From: Candidatus Multivoradales bacterium
GTDB lineage: Bacteria > Acidobacteriota > Thermoanaerobaculia > Multivoradales > J023
Direction of reading: 5' to 3'
NCBI GenBank assembly: GCA_965248925.1
Contig: CBDFLE010000005.1
Coordinates: forward strand, 800,001 to 864,000
DNA: 64,000 nucleotides
The notes beneath the pieces are model-generated. The model did no database searches and was not told the DNA's origin. It saw nothing but the letters and a program-made list of their open reading frames with translations. Both the position numbers and the translations under genes were made by a program. This document shows positions 11,002 to 19,933 of the stretch, in pieces. The stretch's first letter is position 1; every line of letters begins with the position of its first letter.

Positions 11002-11866
11002 CCGCCCCCGCCTGGTTCTGGTCACCGGCTTGTCCGGCTCCGGCAAGAGCACAGCGGCCAAGGCTCTAGAAGATATCGGCTACTACTGTGTCGACAATTT
11101 GCCATGGCCATTGCTCAAACGTTTTTTGGCCGACCCGATCGCCCAAGTAGGTCAAAGGCGACCGATCGCCCTGGTGACCGACGTACGCGCGGCGGGTTTC
11201 GCTGAGTCCGTTCCACAGCTGCTGAACGACGTTGATCGCAAGAACTTCCGCTTCGTGGTGCTCTTTCTCGAAGCCAGCGAAGAATCCCTAGTGCGGCGTT
11301 TCTCTGAAACCCGCCGTAGCCACCCCTTGGGCGATGGTGACCGGCCGTTGATCGAGGGGATTCGACGTGAGAAGAAGTTGCTCAGCGAGCTCCGTGGCCA
11401 GGCCGGCCTGGTATTCGACAGCACCGGTTGGTCGGTCCACGACGCCCGCCGGGAGATCTACCGCGAATTCACCGACTCGCCCGAAGACGCTCCTGAAATG
11501 GTGGTCTCGCTGGTCAGCTTCGGCTGCAAACACGGCACACCCTCCGCTAGCGATTTGCTCTTCGATGTGCGCTTCCTCGCCAACCCTTACTTCCATCCCC
11601 GTCTGCGCCAGCTCAGCGGCAAAGACGCCCCGGTGCGTGAGTTCCTCGAAGGGCAGGAAGAATTCGTTGAACTCTGCCAACGTCTGCTCGACTTACTGCT
11701 CTTCCTCCTGCCGCGTTTTCGTCGCGACAACCGCAGCTACGTCTCGATCGCCATTGGCTGCACCGGTGGCCGCCACCGTTCGGTAGCCACCGCCGAGCAT
11801 CTCTCACGCAAGCTCACCGAAGCGGGCTGGACCGTACGCCTCAAGCACCGCGACTGCGACCGGTAG
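10979..11866 (+). CDS. rapZ: RNase adapter / P-loop protein RapZ
   Basis: TGLSGSGKS, CVDNLP, RRFSETRR.HP, DVRFL.NP, GCTGGRHRSV. Confidence 0.96.
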   Translation: MSENDAPDRPRLVLVTGLSGSGKSTAAKALEDIGYYCVDNLPWPLLKRFLADPIAQVGQRRPIALVTDVRAAGFAESVPQLLNDVDRKNFRFVVLFLEASEESLVRRFSETRRSHPLGDGDRPLIEGIRREKKLLSELRGQAGLVFDSTGWSVHDARREIYREFTDSPEDAPEMVVSLVSFGCKHGTPSASDLLFDVRFLANPYFHPRLRQLSGKDAPVREFLEGQEEFVELCQRLLDLLLFLLPRFRRDNRSYVSIAIGCTGGRHRSVATAEHLSRKLTEAGWTVRLKHRDCDR

Positions 11867-12049
11867 ACCACAGCTGGCGAGGCGGCTCTGAGTCCTCGGG
11901 CCAAGCAGCAGCTGTCTGGCCGGCGATGACCAGGAGGCAGATTTCAGTTCTTGGTGGCGAATTGCGCCTAGCGAATCAAACCAGGAGGGGAAACTCCTCT
12001 AGATCGGATGCAACCCACTTCGAGGATGTCAGGGCCAGAGGAGCCCGGT

Positions 12050-12069
12050 GGCCCCGTCAGCACGGGGCC
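12050..12069. terminator. GC-rich hairpin between convergent rapZ and RRM genes
   Basis: ggccccgt-cagc-acggggcc 8-bp stem; no clear U-tail. Confidence 0.45.
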
Positions 12070-12084
12070 GGAGCAATGAGTCTC

Positions 12085-12357
12085 CTACCAGCGATCGCGG
12101 GGCGGCCGGCGGTCCACGCGCGGACGCGCTTCATTGATATTCAGTGTCCGGCCACCAAGATCTTTGCCGTTGAGTGCTTCAATCGCCTCGTCGGCGCCAG
12201 ATGACATTTCAACAAAACCAAAGCCCCGGGGCCTTCCAGTTTCACGATCGGTGATAAGGCTCACTGAGTCGACGGCTCCGAACTCAGCGAAGAGTTCTCT
12301 GACTTCGTCATCGGTAGCGGAAAACGGCAGGTTGCCTACGTAAATCTTCTTCGACAT
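12085..12357 (-). CDS. RRM-domain RNA-binding protein
   Basis: RNP2 IYVGNL, RNP1 RGFGFVEM, GRTL.INEARP. Confidence 0.95.
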   Translation of the reverse strand: MSKKIYVGNLPFSATDDEVRELFAEFGAVDSVSLITDRETGRPRGFGFVEMSSGADEAIEALNGKDLGGRTLNINEARPRVDRRPPRDRW

Positions 12358-12577
12358 GACTGAATCCCTTGTGCCGCACTGCGGCGGAGAATAGGAGTGA
12401 GTGGGTGGTGGGGTGAATCAGACGTGCATTGTAGCGTGTCATGAGATCCCGTGGTTGAATATGTCCCTGTAGCAGTTTCGTGCTTTACTAGCGCGCTTGC
12501 CGCCTCCTCGAGTCAGCAGGTAGACTGAGCGGGGCGAGAGTGCTTTGCCCGCGGCCAAAGTCTGAGATCTTCATTCC

Positions 12578-13003
12578 ATGATCAACGTACTGATTGTCTC
12601 CCACGGCCGCTTGGCTGCCGAACTGCTTGCCGCCGCTCGCACGATCGCCGGTTCGATGGAGAATTGTGAAGCTCTTTGTCTAGACTGGCAGGATAGCCCC
12701 GAGGAAATCACTCAGGCAATCGCCCGAGCGGTCGAAGGTCTGCTCGAACAAGCTGGCGAGGTGCTGGTCCTCACCGATATTTTCGGCTCGACGCCAACCA
12801 ACGCGGCCATGAGGCTGCGCCAGCCGGGGCGGGTCGCGGTGGTGGCCGGAGTCAACCTACCGATGGTCGTGCGCCTGAACTGCGTTCGTCCGCGGCAAAT
12901 GCCCCTGAGCGGAATGGCGGCCTGGATCGAAGGCAAAGGTCGTAGCAGCATCTGTAGAGGCTGCGAAACCGCGCCGGCAGACAGGGAGAGCTGCGATGGT
13001 TGA
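12578..13003 (+). CDS. PTS EIIA mannose-type
   Basis: IVSHG.LA, LTDIFGSTP.N, GVNLPM. Confidence 0.92.
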   Translation: MINVLIVSHGRLAAELLAAARTIAGSMENCEALCLDWQDSPEEITQAIARAVEGLLEQAGEVLVLTDIFGSTPTNAAMRLRQPGRVAVVAGVNLPMVVRLNCVRPRQMPLSGMAAWIEGKGRSSICRGCETAPADRESCDG

Positions 13004-13265
13004 GCGCCAGGTTGAAATCGTCAATAAATCGGGATTGCACGCTCGCGCGGCAGCCAAACTAGTACACCTCGGCGCTAGTTTCGAGTGCGACATCCATCTG
13101 CTTCAGGACGGCGAGAAAGTCGACGCCAAGAGCATCCTAGGCATCCTTCTACTAGCCGCAGCCCAGGGCACTCGACTGGCAATTCGCTGTGACGGCAGTG
13201 ACGAAGACGCTGCGTTGAGCGCTTTAGAGAAGTTAATCGCCGACCGCTTTGGGGAGCAGTACTGA
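12996..13265 (+). CDS. ptsH: Phosphocarrier protein HPr
   Basis: GLHARAA (His15), DAKSILG (Ser46). Confidence 0.96.
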   Translation: MVERQVEIVNKSGLHARAAAKLVHLGASFECDIHLLQDGEKVDAKSILGILLLAAAQGTRLAIRCDGSDEDAALSALEKLIADRFGEQY

Positions 13266-13267
13266 GC

Positions 13268-15097
13268 ATGACTTCACAGCAGCAGCCACGCCGACCGATG
13301 CAGGTATTTGATGGATTGGGGGTCACCGAGGGCATCGCTTTTGGCAAAGCGGTGTGCATCAACACGCGCTTGCTCGACGTGCTGCAGATCCCCATTGCCA
13401 GCGACAAGATCGACGATGAAATCAAGCGCTTCCACTCGGCGTTGAACAAGGTTCGCGATGAGCTGCACAAGATGCGGGATCGGGTTGGAGAAGAACTTGG
13501 CCGCGACTTGGCGGGGATTTTCGATGCCCAGGCGCTCTTGCTGAGTGATCCTACTTTCGTCGGCCAGGTCGAACAGCATATTCGTGGAGAAGCGGTCAAT
13601 GCCGAATGGGCTGTCCATCAAGCGGCTACGGCTCTGCAAGCACGCTTCGAAGCTCTCGATGTGCTGCACCTGCGGGAGCGGGGAGAAGATCTGCGCGATG
13701 TTGGCCGGCATCTGCTGCGCTGCCTGCAGGGCCTGCAAGTCCACCGGCTCTCAGAGATCGATGGCGATGTGGTCATCGTCGCCGATGACCTGACGCCTTC
13801 CGACGCCGTTCGCCTGGGGCGCGAGAACGTCCGTGGGTTTGCTATCGAGCACGGCAGCCGCACCTCGCACACCACCATCATCGCCCGGTCGTTAAATATC
13901 CCGGCGGTCACTGGGGTTGGCGGCTTGAGCCACTGGTTGGCCGACCACACCGAAGCGCCGATCATCGTCGACGGGCTCGATGGCAAGGTCATCCTCCACC
14001 CGACGGCCGAGTTTATCGAGCGCTACCGCGAGCGCCAACGCGGCTTGCGGCGCAAGGAGCGCCATTTGCTGGCGACCCGCGATCTCGAGGCAGTGACCCG
14101 CGACGGTGTTCAAGTGCAGGTGATGGCCAACATCGACCTGCCTGAGGAGATCGAGGAAGCACGACGCTTCGGCGCTGCTGGCATCGGTCTGTATCGCAGC
14201 GAGTTTCTCTACATCGAGATGAGCCCGCAGCAACCGTCGGAAAAACAGCACTTGGAAATCTACCGCCGAATGATCCAAGCCGCGGCGCCCCATCCGGCGA
14301 TCATTCGGACCTACGACTTGGGAGGCCGCAAGATCGCTCGTGAGCTGCTGCACACCCAAGAGGACAATCCAGTGCTTGGCTTGCGCGGCATTCGCCTGAC
14401 CTTGGCCAAGCAAGACGTCTTCCGAGCCCAGCTGCGCGCGTTGTTTCGCGCCGCCACCGAGGGTGAGCTGTGGATCATGTTACCCATGGTGACCCTAGTC
14501 GAAGAAGTTCGCCAGTTCCGCAAGATGGCGGCACGGGTACTGCGGGAACTCGAATGTGAGGGTTCGCCATTCCGCTCCGACTACAAACTAGGCGTGATGA
14601 TCGAGGTTCCAGCGGCGGCGATGATTTCAGACTTGCTGGCCCGAGAAGTTGATTTCTTCTCCCTCGGCACCAACGATTTGATCCAATACTCCTTGGCAGT
14701 GGATCGCAACAACGAGAAGGTCGCCGACCTCTACCAGCCTTTTCATCCCGGCATGATCCGCTTGCTCAAACTGGTGATTGACAACGCTCGCAAAGCAGGC
14801 ATCGATATCAGTCTTTGCGGCGAAATGGGCGGCGACCCGCTAGCCACCGCGGTGCTCTTAGGCTGTGGCCTGCGCCGGATCTCCGTAAGCCCGCGGCAAG
14901 TGCCAACCATCAAGCGGCGGATCCGCGAACTCGACACTCAACAGCTGGAGCAAGTGGTAGAGACCTGCGCCAACCTAGCGACTGCCGGAGAAGTAGAGCA
15001 GCACTTACGCCACGCCGTCAGCACTGTAGCGGAGCAATTTACCGAGGATGCCTCGACGGCTACTCCGAAGGAGACCTGGCCCCATGGCAAAATTTAA
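13268..15097 (+). CDS. ptsI: PEP-protein phosphotransferase (Enzyme I)
   Basis: TSHT.IIAR, GLYRSEF, NPVLGLRGIR, GTNDLIQY, CGEM. Confidence 0.96.
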   Translation: MTSQQQPRRPMQVFDGLGVTEGIAFGKAVCINTRLLDVLQIPIASDKIDDEIKRFHSALNKVRDELHKMRDRVGEELGRDLAGIFDAQALLLSDPTFVGQVEQHIRGEAVNAEWAVHQAATALQARFEALDVLHLRERGEDLRDVGRHLLRCLQGLQVHRLSEIDGDVVIVADDLTPSDAVRLGRENVRGFAIEHGSRTSHTTIIARSLNIPAVTGVGGLSHWLADHTEAPIIVDGLDGKVILHPTAEFIERYRERQRGLRRKERHLLATRDLEAVTRDGVQVQVMANIDLPEEIEEARRFGAAGIGLYRSEFLYIEMSPQQPSEKQHLEIYRRMIQAAAPHPAIIRTYDLGGRKIARELLHTQEDNPVLGLRGIRLTLAKQDVFRAQLRALFRAATEGELWIMLPMVTLVEEVRQFRKMAARVLRELECEGSPFRSDYKLGVMIEVPAAAMISDLLAREVDFFSLGTNDLIQYSLAVDRNNEKVADLYQPFHPGMIRLLKLVIDNARKAGIDISLCGEMGGDPLATAVLLGCGLRRISVSPRQVPTIKRRIRELDTQQLEQVVETCANLATAGEVEQHLRHAVSTVAEQFTEDASTATPKETWPHGKI

Positions 15098-16016
15098 ATC
15101 TCATGTTCTGACAACGTCGTTGCTCGGCCTGGCTGCCTGCGCAGCCATCTCTTGTGGCGGTGCCAAGCAGCCAGACCCCTTGCCATCACAGACTTTGAGC
15201 AAGGTCGCGCCGCAGATCGAGCCGCCGCCTACCAGCCCTGCCCTACCACCGATCACCGAAGTGCCAGCATCCAGGAGTTCGGAGATCAAGGTCATCGATC
15301 CCGGAGGCAACAGCGAGCGGCCGCTGACCCTCGGCGAGGCCTCCCGTTTGGCGAAAGAGATCAAAGCATCTAGCAAACCGTCGATAATCACCATCGACGA
15401 CGACAATCTGGCAGAGTATGCCGCCGGCGGCCAAGTCACCATCATGGAGTCTGAACCCGCCGCGCCTGCCCTCGAAGAGCTCTCCGCCATCATTGCCCAG
15501 GCCGGACCCGCCGCCGCTGCTGGCAGCAACCCACCGCCTGCAATCGGGCGCCGACCGCGAAGCCCTTTGGCGGTTGGCAGTGGCGAGACGCCGCCCGGCG
15601 ACGACGAAGGCTACTGGCGTGGTCGCGCCCTGGATCTACGCCGCGGCTGGCGCGGCACCGTCGATGAGATCAACCAACTCGAGTTGCAGAGCGCCGCTTT
15701 GCGGCAGCAGTTCTACGCTGAAGACGATCCCTATTTGCGCGACTCGCAAGTCAAACCGGCTTGGGATCGTGCTCTCGATAGACTCGACACTCTGCGCCGC
15801 GAGGCTGGCGTCTACGAGGCGGAGGTCGAGGCCTTTGTCGAGAGCGGCCGACTTGCCGGCGCCGAACAGGGTTGGCTCAACGAAGGCTGGGAGCTAGAGC
15901 CCGATCTTGACGAGCAGAAGCGTTCACCACGAATAGGTGTCGGCCGTTCAGCCGAGCCCGAGGACACCCTGGAAGCCCAAGATCTATCCTCGGTCGAGCC
16001 TGAGAACGGACCATGA
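15084..16016 (+). CDS. Hypothetical lipoprotein, Pro-rich linker and C-terminal helical domain
   Basis: Lipobox-like LAAC; overlaps ptsI stop and miaB start. Confidence 0.7.
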   Translation: MAKFKSHVLTTSLLGLAACAAISCGGAKQPDPLPSQTLSKVAPQIEPPPTSPALPPITEVPASRSSEIKVIDPGGNSERPLTLGEASRLAKEIKASSKPSIITIDDDNLAEYAAGGQVTIMESEPAAPALEELSAIIAQAGPAAAAGSNPPPAIGRRPRSPLAVGSGETPPGDDEGYWRGRALDLRRGWRGTVDEINQLELQSAALRQQFYAEDDPYLRDSQVKPAWDRALDRLDTLRREAGVYEAEVEAFVESGRLAGAEQGWLNEGWELEPDLDEQKRSPRIGVGRSAEPEDTLEAQDLSSVEPENGP

Positions 16017-17383
16017 CTCCCTCTACTCTGAAGCCCCAACAGCTACCCAAACCGCGGCGGTTCTACGTCGAGACCTGGGGCTGCCAAATGAACGAACTTG
16101 ACAGCCAGCGGATGACCGGCCAGCTGATGGAGCAAGGCATCCTGCCAACCCGCGATCCAGGCGACGCCGACTTGATCTTGCTAAACTCCTGCTCGGTGCG
16201 CGAGAAGGCAGCCCAGAAAGCCTATTCGCGACTGGGCCAATACCGTCTGCTGAAGCGGGACCGGCCTCATCTGCTGATTGGCTTCTGCGGCTGCGTCGCA
16301 CAACAAGAAGGCGACAAGGCCATGGCGCGGGTGCCTGACTTGGACTTTGTTATCGGCCCGGGGCGGGTCGGCGAACTCAAGCAACTACTAGCCCAGCGCC
16401 AACTCGGACGTCGGGTGGTTGCCACTGGGTTTCCCAAAGCCGCCAGCCGCAACTACGCCTTCGACAGTCTCGCCAGGCAGAGTTCCTATAAGGGCATGGT
16501 CACCATCATCGAGGGCTGCAACAAGAAATGTACCTTCTGCATAGTCCCCAGCACCCGTGGACCCGAGCAGTGCCGTTCCTTGCCGGTGATTCTCGACGAA
16601 GTGCGCCATTTGTTGGACTATGGCTTTGCCGAGATCGAACTCCTGGGTCAAACGGTGAACCATTGGCTAGATCCCGAAACCGGCGCCGACTTCGCGGTCC
16701 TGCTCGACCAAGTCGCCGCTCTCGATAGGGTAGAGCGGCTGCGATTCGTCACCTCCTACCCACGTGACTTCAGCCAGCAGATGGTCGACCAAATCGGCCG
16801 GCACGAGAACATCTGCCCCTATCTCCATCTGCCGGTCCAATCGGGATCAGATCGAGTGCTCAAGATGATGGGGCGAGGCTATGAAGTCGCTTTATTTGAT
16901 GATCTTGTCGCCCGGCTACGCCAAGCGAGATCAGGTCTAGCTATATCTTCCGATTTCATCGTCGGCTTTCCGGGAGAAGCCGAGGAAGATTTCCAGCAGA
17001 CTCTGGACCTGATCGAGCGCACTCGCTTCGCTTCGCTCTATGCCTTCAAGTACTCGCCAAGGCCCGGTACCGCCGCACCGAGAATGAAGCAACCGCCCGT
17101 GCCTGACGAGATCGCCAGTCGCCGCTTGCAAGAGCTTCTGGCGCTGCAAGGGGGCATTCAACGAGAGATCAACGAGAGTCTGGTCGGTCAAATCTACGAC
17201 GTGCTGGTCACCGGTTGGGGAAAGAAGCCCGGAAGTCAGAGTGGCCGCACCCCTTGCCACCGGGTGGTCCACTTTGAACCCACCGCTGGCGCCTCGATCC
17301 CGCTCGGCAGTTTGACGACAGTGAAGATTGAGCGGGCTTTGCCCCACAGCCTAATCGCTTCCCTCACCGATTCACCGACTTGA
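16013..17383 (+). CDS. miaB: tRNA-2-methylthio-N6-dimethylallyladenosine synthase
   Basis: GCQMN..DS, radical SAM CNKKCTFC, HLPVQSGS, YSPRPGT, TRAM domain. Confidence 0.96.
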   Translation: MTPSTLKPQQLPKPRRFYVETWGCQMNELDSQRMTGQLMEQGILPTRDPGDADLILLNSCSVREKAAQKAYSRLGQYRLLKRDRPHLLIGFCGCVAQQEGDKAMARVPDLDFVIGPGRVGELKQLLAQRQLGRRVVATGFPKAASRNYAFDSLARQSSYKGMVTIIEGCNKKCTFCIVPSTRGPEQCRSLPVILDEVRHLLDYGFAEIELLGQTVNHWLDPETGADFAVLLDQVAALDRVERLRFVTSYPRDFSQQMVDQIGRHENICPYLHLPVQSGSDRVLKMMGRGYEVALFDDLVARLRQARSGLAISSDFIVGFPGEAEEDFQQTLDLIERTRFASLYAFKYSPRPGTAAPRMKQPPVPDEIASRRLQELLALQGGIQREINESLVGQIYDVLVTGWGKKPGSQSGRTPCHRVVHFEPTAGASIPLGSLTTVKIERALPHSLIASLTDSPT

Positions 17384-17417
17384 CCTACCACCTCGACAGG
17401 CGGACAATAGGACCACT

Positions 17418-17924
17418 ATGAGTGAGTCACCAGAGGATCGCGTCCGCGTCGAAGTCAAAGGTTTGATGTTGGATCCAAATTCGAACGTACCGATAGTTAT
17501 TCTGCGGGAGGCTGGCGGTTCAGAGATCCTGCCGATCTGGATCGGCGTCTTTGAGGCCAACGCTATCGCCTTGTCGCTTGAGAAAATCGAGCCTACCAGG
17601 CCGATGACCCATGATCTGATTGCAAACTTGGTCGAGCAGATGGAGATCGACGTCTGTCGGGTGGTGATCTGCGATCTGCAAGAGAGCACCTTCTTCGCTC
17701 GCATCGATCTGCAGAGAGGCAGTCGGCCCGAAGTGTCGATCGATTCACGACCCAGCGATGCGATTGCCTTGGCCCTCCGAGTCGACGCTCTGATCTTTGT
17801 CACCCGAGGGGTCCTCGATCAGGCACGGGACGTTGACCTCAGCGATCAGCTCGGCGAGCGCAATAAGATCCGTAAGTGGCTCGAAGAGGTCGATCCCGAA
17901 GATCTTGGGAAGTACACCATGTAG
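17418..17924 (+). CDS. Bifunctional nuclease family protein (DUF151)
   Basis: LPIWIG..EA.AI, RPMTHDL, DSRPSDAIALA. Confidence 0.93.
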   Translation: MSESPEDRVRVEVKGLMLDPNSNVPIVILREAGGSEILPIWIGVFEANAIALSLEKIEPTRPMTHDLIANLVEQMEIDVCRVVICDLQESTFFARIDLQRGSRPEVSIDSRPSDAIALALRVDALIFVTRGVLDQARDVDLSDQLGERNKIRKWLEEVDPEDLGKYTM

Positions 17925-18017
17925 CTCCAAGCGGCCCCGGTCCCAGGCACCTTCGACAGCCACCATCTCCGTCGTTGTCAGCCACCTAAACCTTTAGACC
18001 GCAGCGACTTACCTCTA

Positions 18018-18035
18018 ATGTCGGCGCGCCGACAT
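18018..18035. promoter_or_regulatory. Perfect 18-bp palindrome, candidate non-canonical parS site
   Basis: ATGTCGGCGCGCCGACAT; 16-bp core has the TGT-N10-ACA geometry of parS; 100 bp upstream of parA. Confidence 0.6.
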
Positions 18036-18094
18036 CGGCCAATCCGAGGCGCCGGCCGCGCTTTCTTAGACCATCGTCCCCAGCATCGTCTCCC

Positions 18095-18124
18095 TTGACC
18101 GATGGGTCGCACAGCTCATATGCT
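18095..18124 (+). promoter_or_regulatory. Putative sigma-70 promoter of parAB
   Basis: TTGACC-N18-TATGCT, 10 nt before ATG 18135. Confidence 0.5.
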
Positions 18125-18134
18125 GAGTTCTCCT

Positions 18135-18893
18135 ATGATCATTGCCATCACCAATCAAAAAGGCGGGGTGGGGAAGACCACCACCGCAATCAATCTCTCC
18201 GCCGCATTGGCGACCAAGGGTCTCAAGACTCTGCTGATTGACCTTGATCCCCAGGCCAACAGCTCGATGTCATTCGTCGATGTGCATTCTTTGGAGCGGG
18301 CGATCTACGATGTACTGACCGAGGATGAGGTCCATTTGGAAGATGTCGCGGTCGCAGCGGAGAAAGTTCCCAACCTATTCGTCGCCCCCTCAAGCATCAC
18401 CTTGGCGAAGATAGAGTCGAAGTTGCTCGGCGAACTCGACAGTCACTTTCGCCTCAAGGACGAGGTCGATCGGATCCACGATGACTACGACTTCATCATC
18501 ATTGACACGCCCCCGACCCTCGGCATCATCACCGTCAATGCGCTGGTCGCCTCGACCCATGTGCTGATTCCGATTCAGTCGAGCTATTTCGCCCTCGAGG
18601 GAACCGATGACTTGATCGAGACCATCGACAAGATCAAAGTGCGAGCCAATCCCAATCTGCAGATCCTCGGCGCGGTCATCACCCTCTACGACAAGCGCAC
18701 CATCTTGGCCCGCGATATCCGCCATGAAATCGGCAAAGTGTTCGGCGACAAGCTTTTTGAGACTTCGATCTCGAAGAGTGTTCGCCTTGAGGAAAGCCCT
18801 GCTTATCGTGAGTCGATTTTCACCTTCGCGCCTTCCTCCAGTGGCGCCTATGAATATTACAAGCTCTCTGAAGAGGTGCTGAGCCGTGTCTAA
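18135..18893 (+). CDS. parA: ParA family ATPase
   Basis: Deviant Walker A KGGVGKT, DLDPQAN, IIDTPP.LG. Confidence 0.95.
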   Translation: MIIAITNQKGGVGKTTTAINLSAALATKGLKTLLIDLDPQANSSMSFVDVHSLERAIYDVLTEDEVHLEDVAVAAEKVPNLFVAPSSITLAKIESKLLGELDSHFRLKDEVDRIHDDYDFIIIDTPPTLGIITVNALVASTHVLIPIQSSYFALEGTDDLIETIDKIKVRANPNLQILGAVITLYDKRTILARDIRHEIGKVFGDKLFETSISKSVRLEESPAYRESIFTFAPSSSGAYEYYKLSEEVLSRV

Positions 18894-19776
18894 TTCCAGC
18901 TTGGACGCCAAGAAACGAGGCCTACCAGAACGGGTGCGAATGCGGCATACGCCGCACTTCGTTGAAGAACTGACCACCCGCAGCGAGCAGCCGGTGGGGA
19001 AGATGGTACCTATCGCGCTGGTCGAACCCGACCCCGATCAGCCTCGGTCGACCATGGGAGACCTCAGCGATCTGGTTGGTTCGATCCAAGACAAGGGCAT
19101 TCTCGAACCCATCCTCGTTCGTCCTTTCGGCGACCAGCGGGCTGGCAAGCCGCAGTACCGCATCATTAGCGGCGAGCGGCGTTTCCGCGCCGCGATGGAA
19201 GCCGGTCTGGTTGAAATTCCACTCATTGAGATGGAGGTCAGCGAGCAAGAAGCTCTTGAGATCGCCTTGATCGAGAACCTGCAACGCAAGGATCTAACCC
19301 CCTTTGAGGAAGCCGAAGGGTACTCATTCTTGAGTGGGCGGCATGATTACACCCACGAAGAAATCTCCCAAGCGGTGGGCAAGTCCCGCACCGTAGTGAC
19401 CGAGAGCCTGGCTCTGCTACAGATGCCACGCCGTGCCCGTGAGACCGCCCAGGCGCTGGGTATCCAGACCAAGTCTCTGCTACTCGAAGTTCTCAAGGTT
19501 GAAGACGAGGAGCAAATGATCCAGCTCTTGGAGCAGGTAAGTCAACGAGGTTTGAACCGCGACGACCTGCGCCGCCGGCATCGCGGAGCAGCCAAGCCCG
19601 GCACGCCGAAGCCAAGACGTAAGCCCTATGTCTTCAATTTTCGCGCCCCGGACAAAAGCTTCAGTCTGGCACTGAAATTTCGACAGGTGGACGTCTCGAA
19701 AGAAGATCTGATCTCCACGCTCGAGAACATCCTGACCGATCTGAGAACAACCAAAGAAGGTCCTGAAGGCGCCTGA
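18886..19776 (+). CDS. parB: ParB/Spo0J family CTPase, atypical DNA-binding region
   Basis: QPR, GILEPILVR, ISGERRFRAA, ENLQRKDL, HTH THEEISQAVGKSR. Confidence 0.93.
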   Translation: MSNSSLDAKKRGLPERVRMRHTPHFVEELTTRSEQPVGKMVPIALVEPDPDQPRSTMGDLSDLVGSIQDKGILEPILVRPFGDQRAGKPQYRIISGERRFRAAMEAGLVEIPLIEMEVSEQEALEIALIENLQRKDLTPFEEAEGYSFLSGRHDYTHEEISQAVGKSRTVVTESLALLQMPRRARETAQALGIQTKSLLLEVLKVEDEEQMIQLLEQVSQRGLNRDDLRRRHRGAAKPGTPKPRRKPYVFNFRAPDKSFSLALKFRQVDVSKEDLISTLENILTDLRTTKEGPEGA

Positions 19777-19823
19777 ACTGGCGCCGCCGTGTGCCAAGGA
19801 ACGGAGGGGTTCTCGTTAGTCCT

Positions 19824-19851
19824 AGTTGACATAATGTATCTTATCAGACTC
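19824..19851 (-). other. dif-like XerCD recombination site
   Basis: Minus strand GAGTCTGATAA-GATACA-TTATGTCAACT: 11-6-11 layout with inner ATAA/TTAT; XerD arm resembles E. coli TTATGTTAAAT; AT-rich and intergenic. Confidence 0.85.
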
Positions 19852-19933
19852 TAGAAATTAGCCCCTTGTGACCACCTTGGCGGGTACGAACTGCTCACCA
19901 GGCCGTCGCTGCCCAGCGTATAATCTCGACCGT

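Noticed and set aside
17925-19933. Canonical parS (TGTTTCACGTGAAACA)
   Set aside because: No close match seen around parAB.
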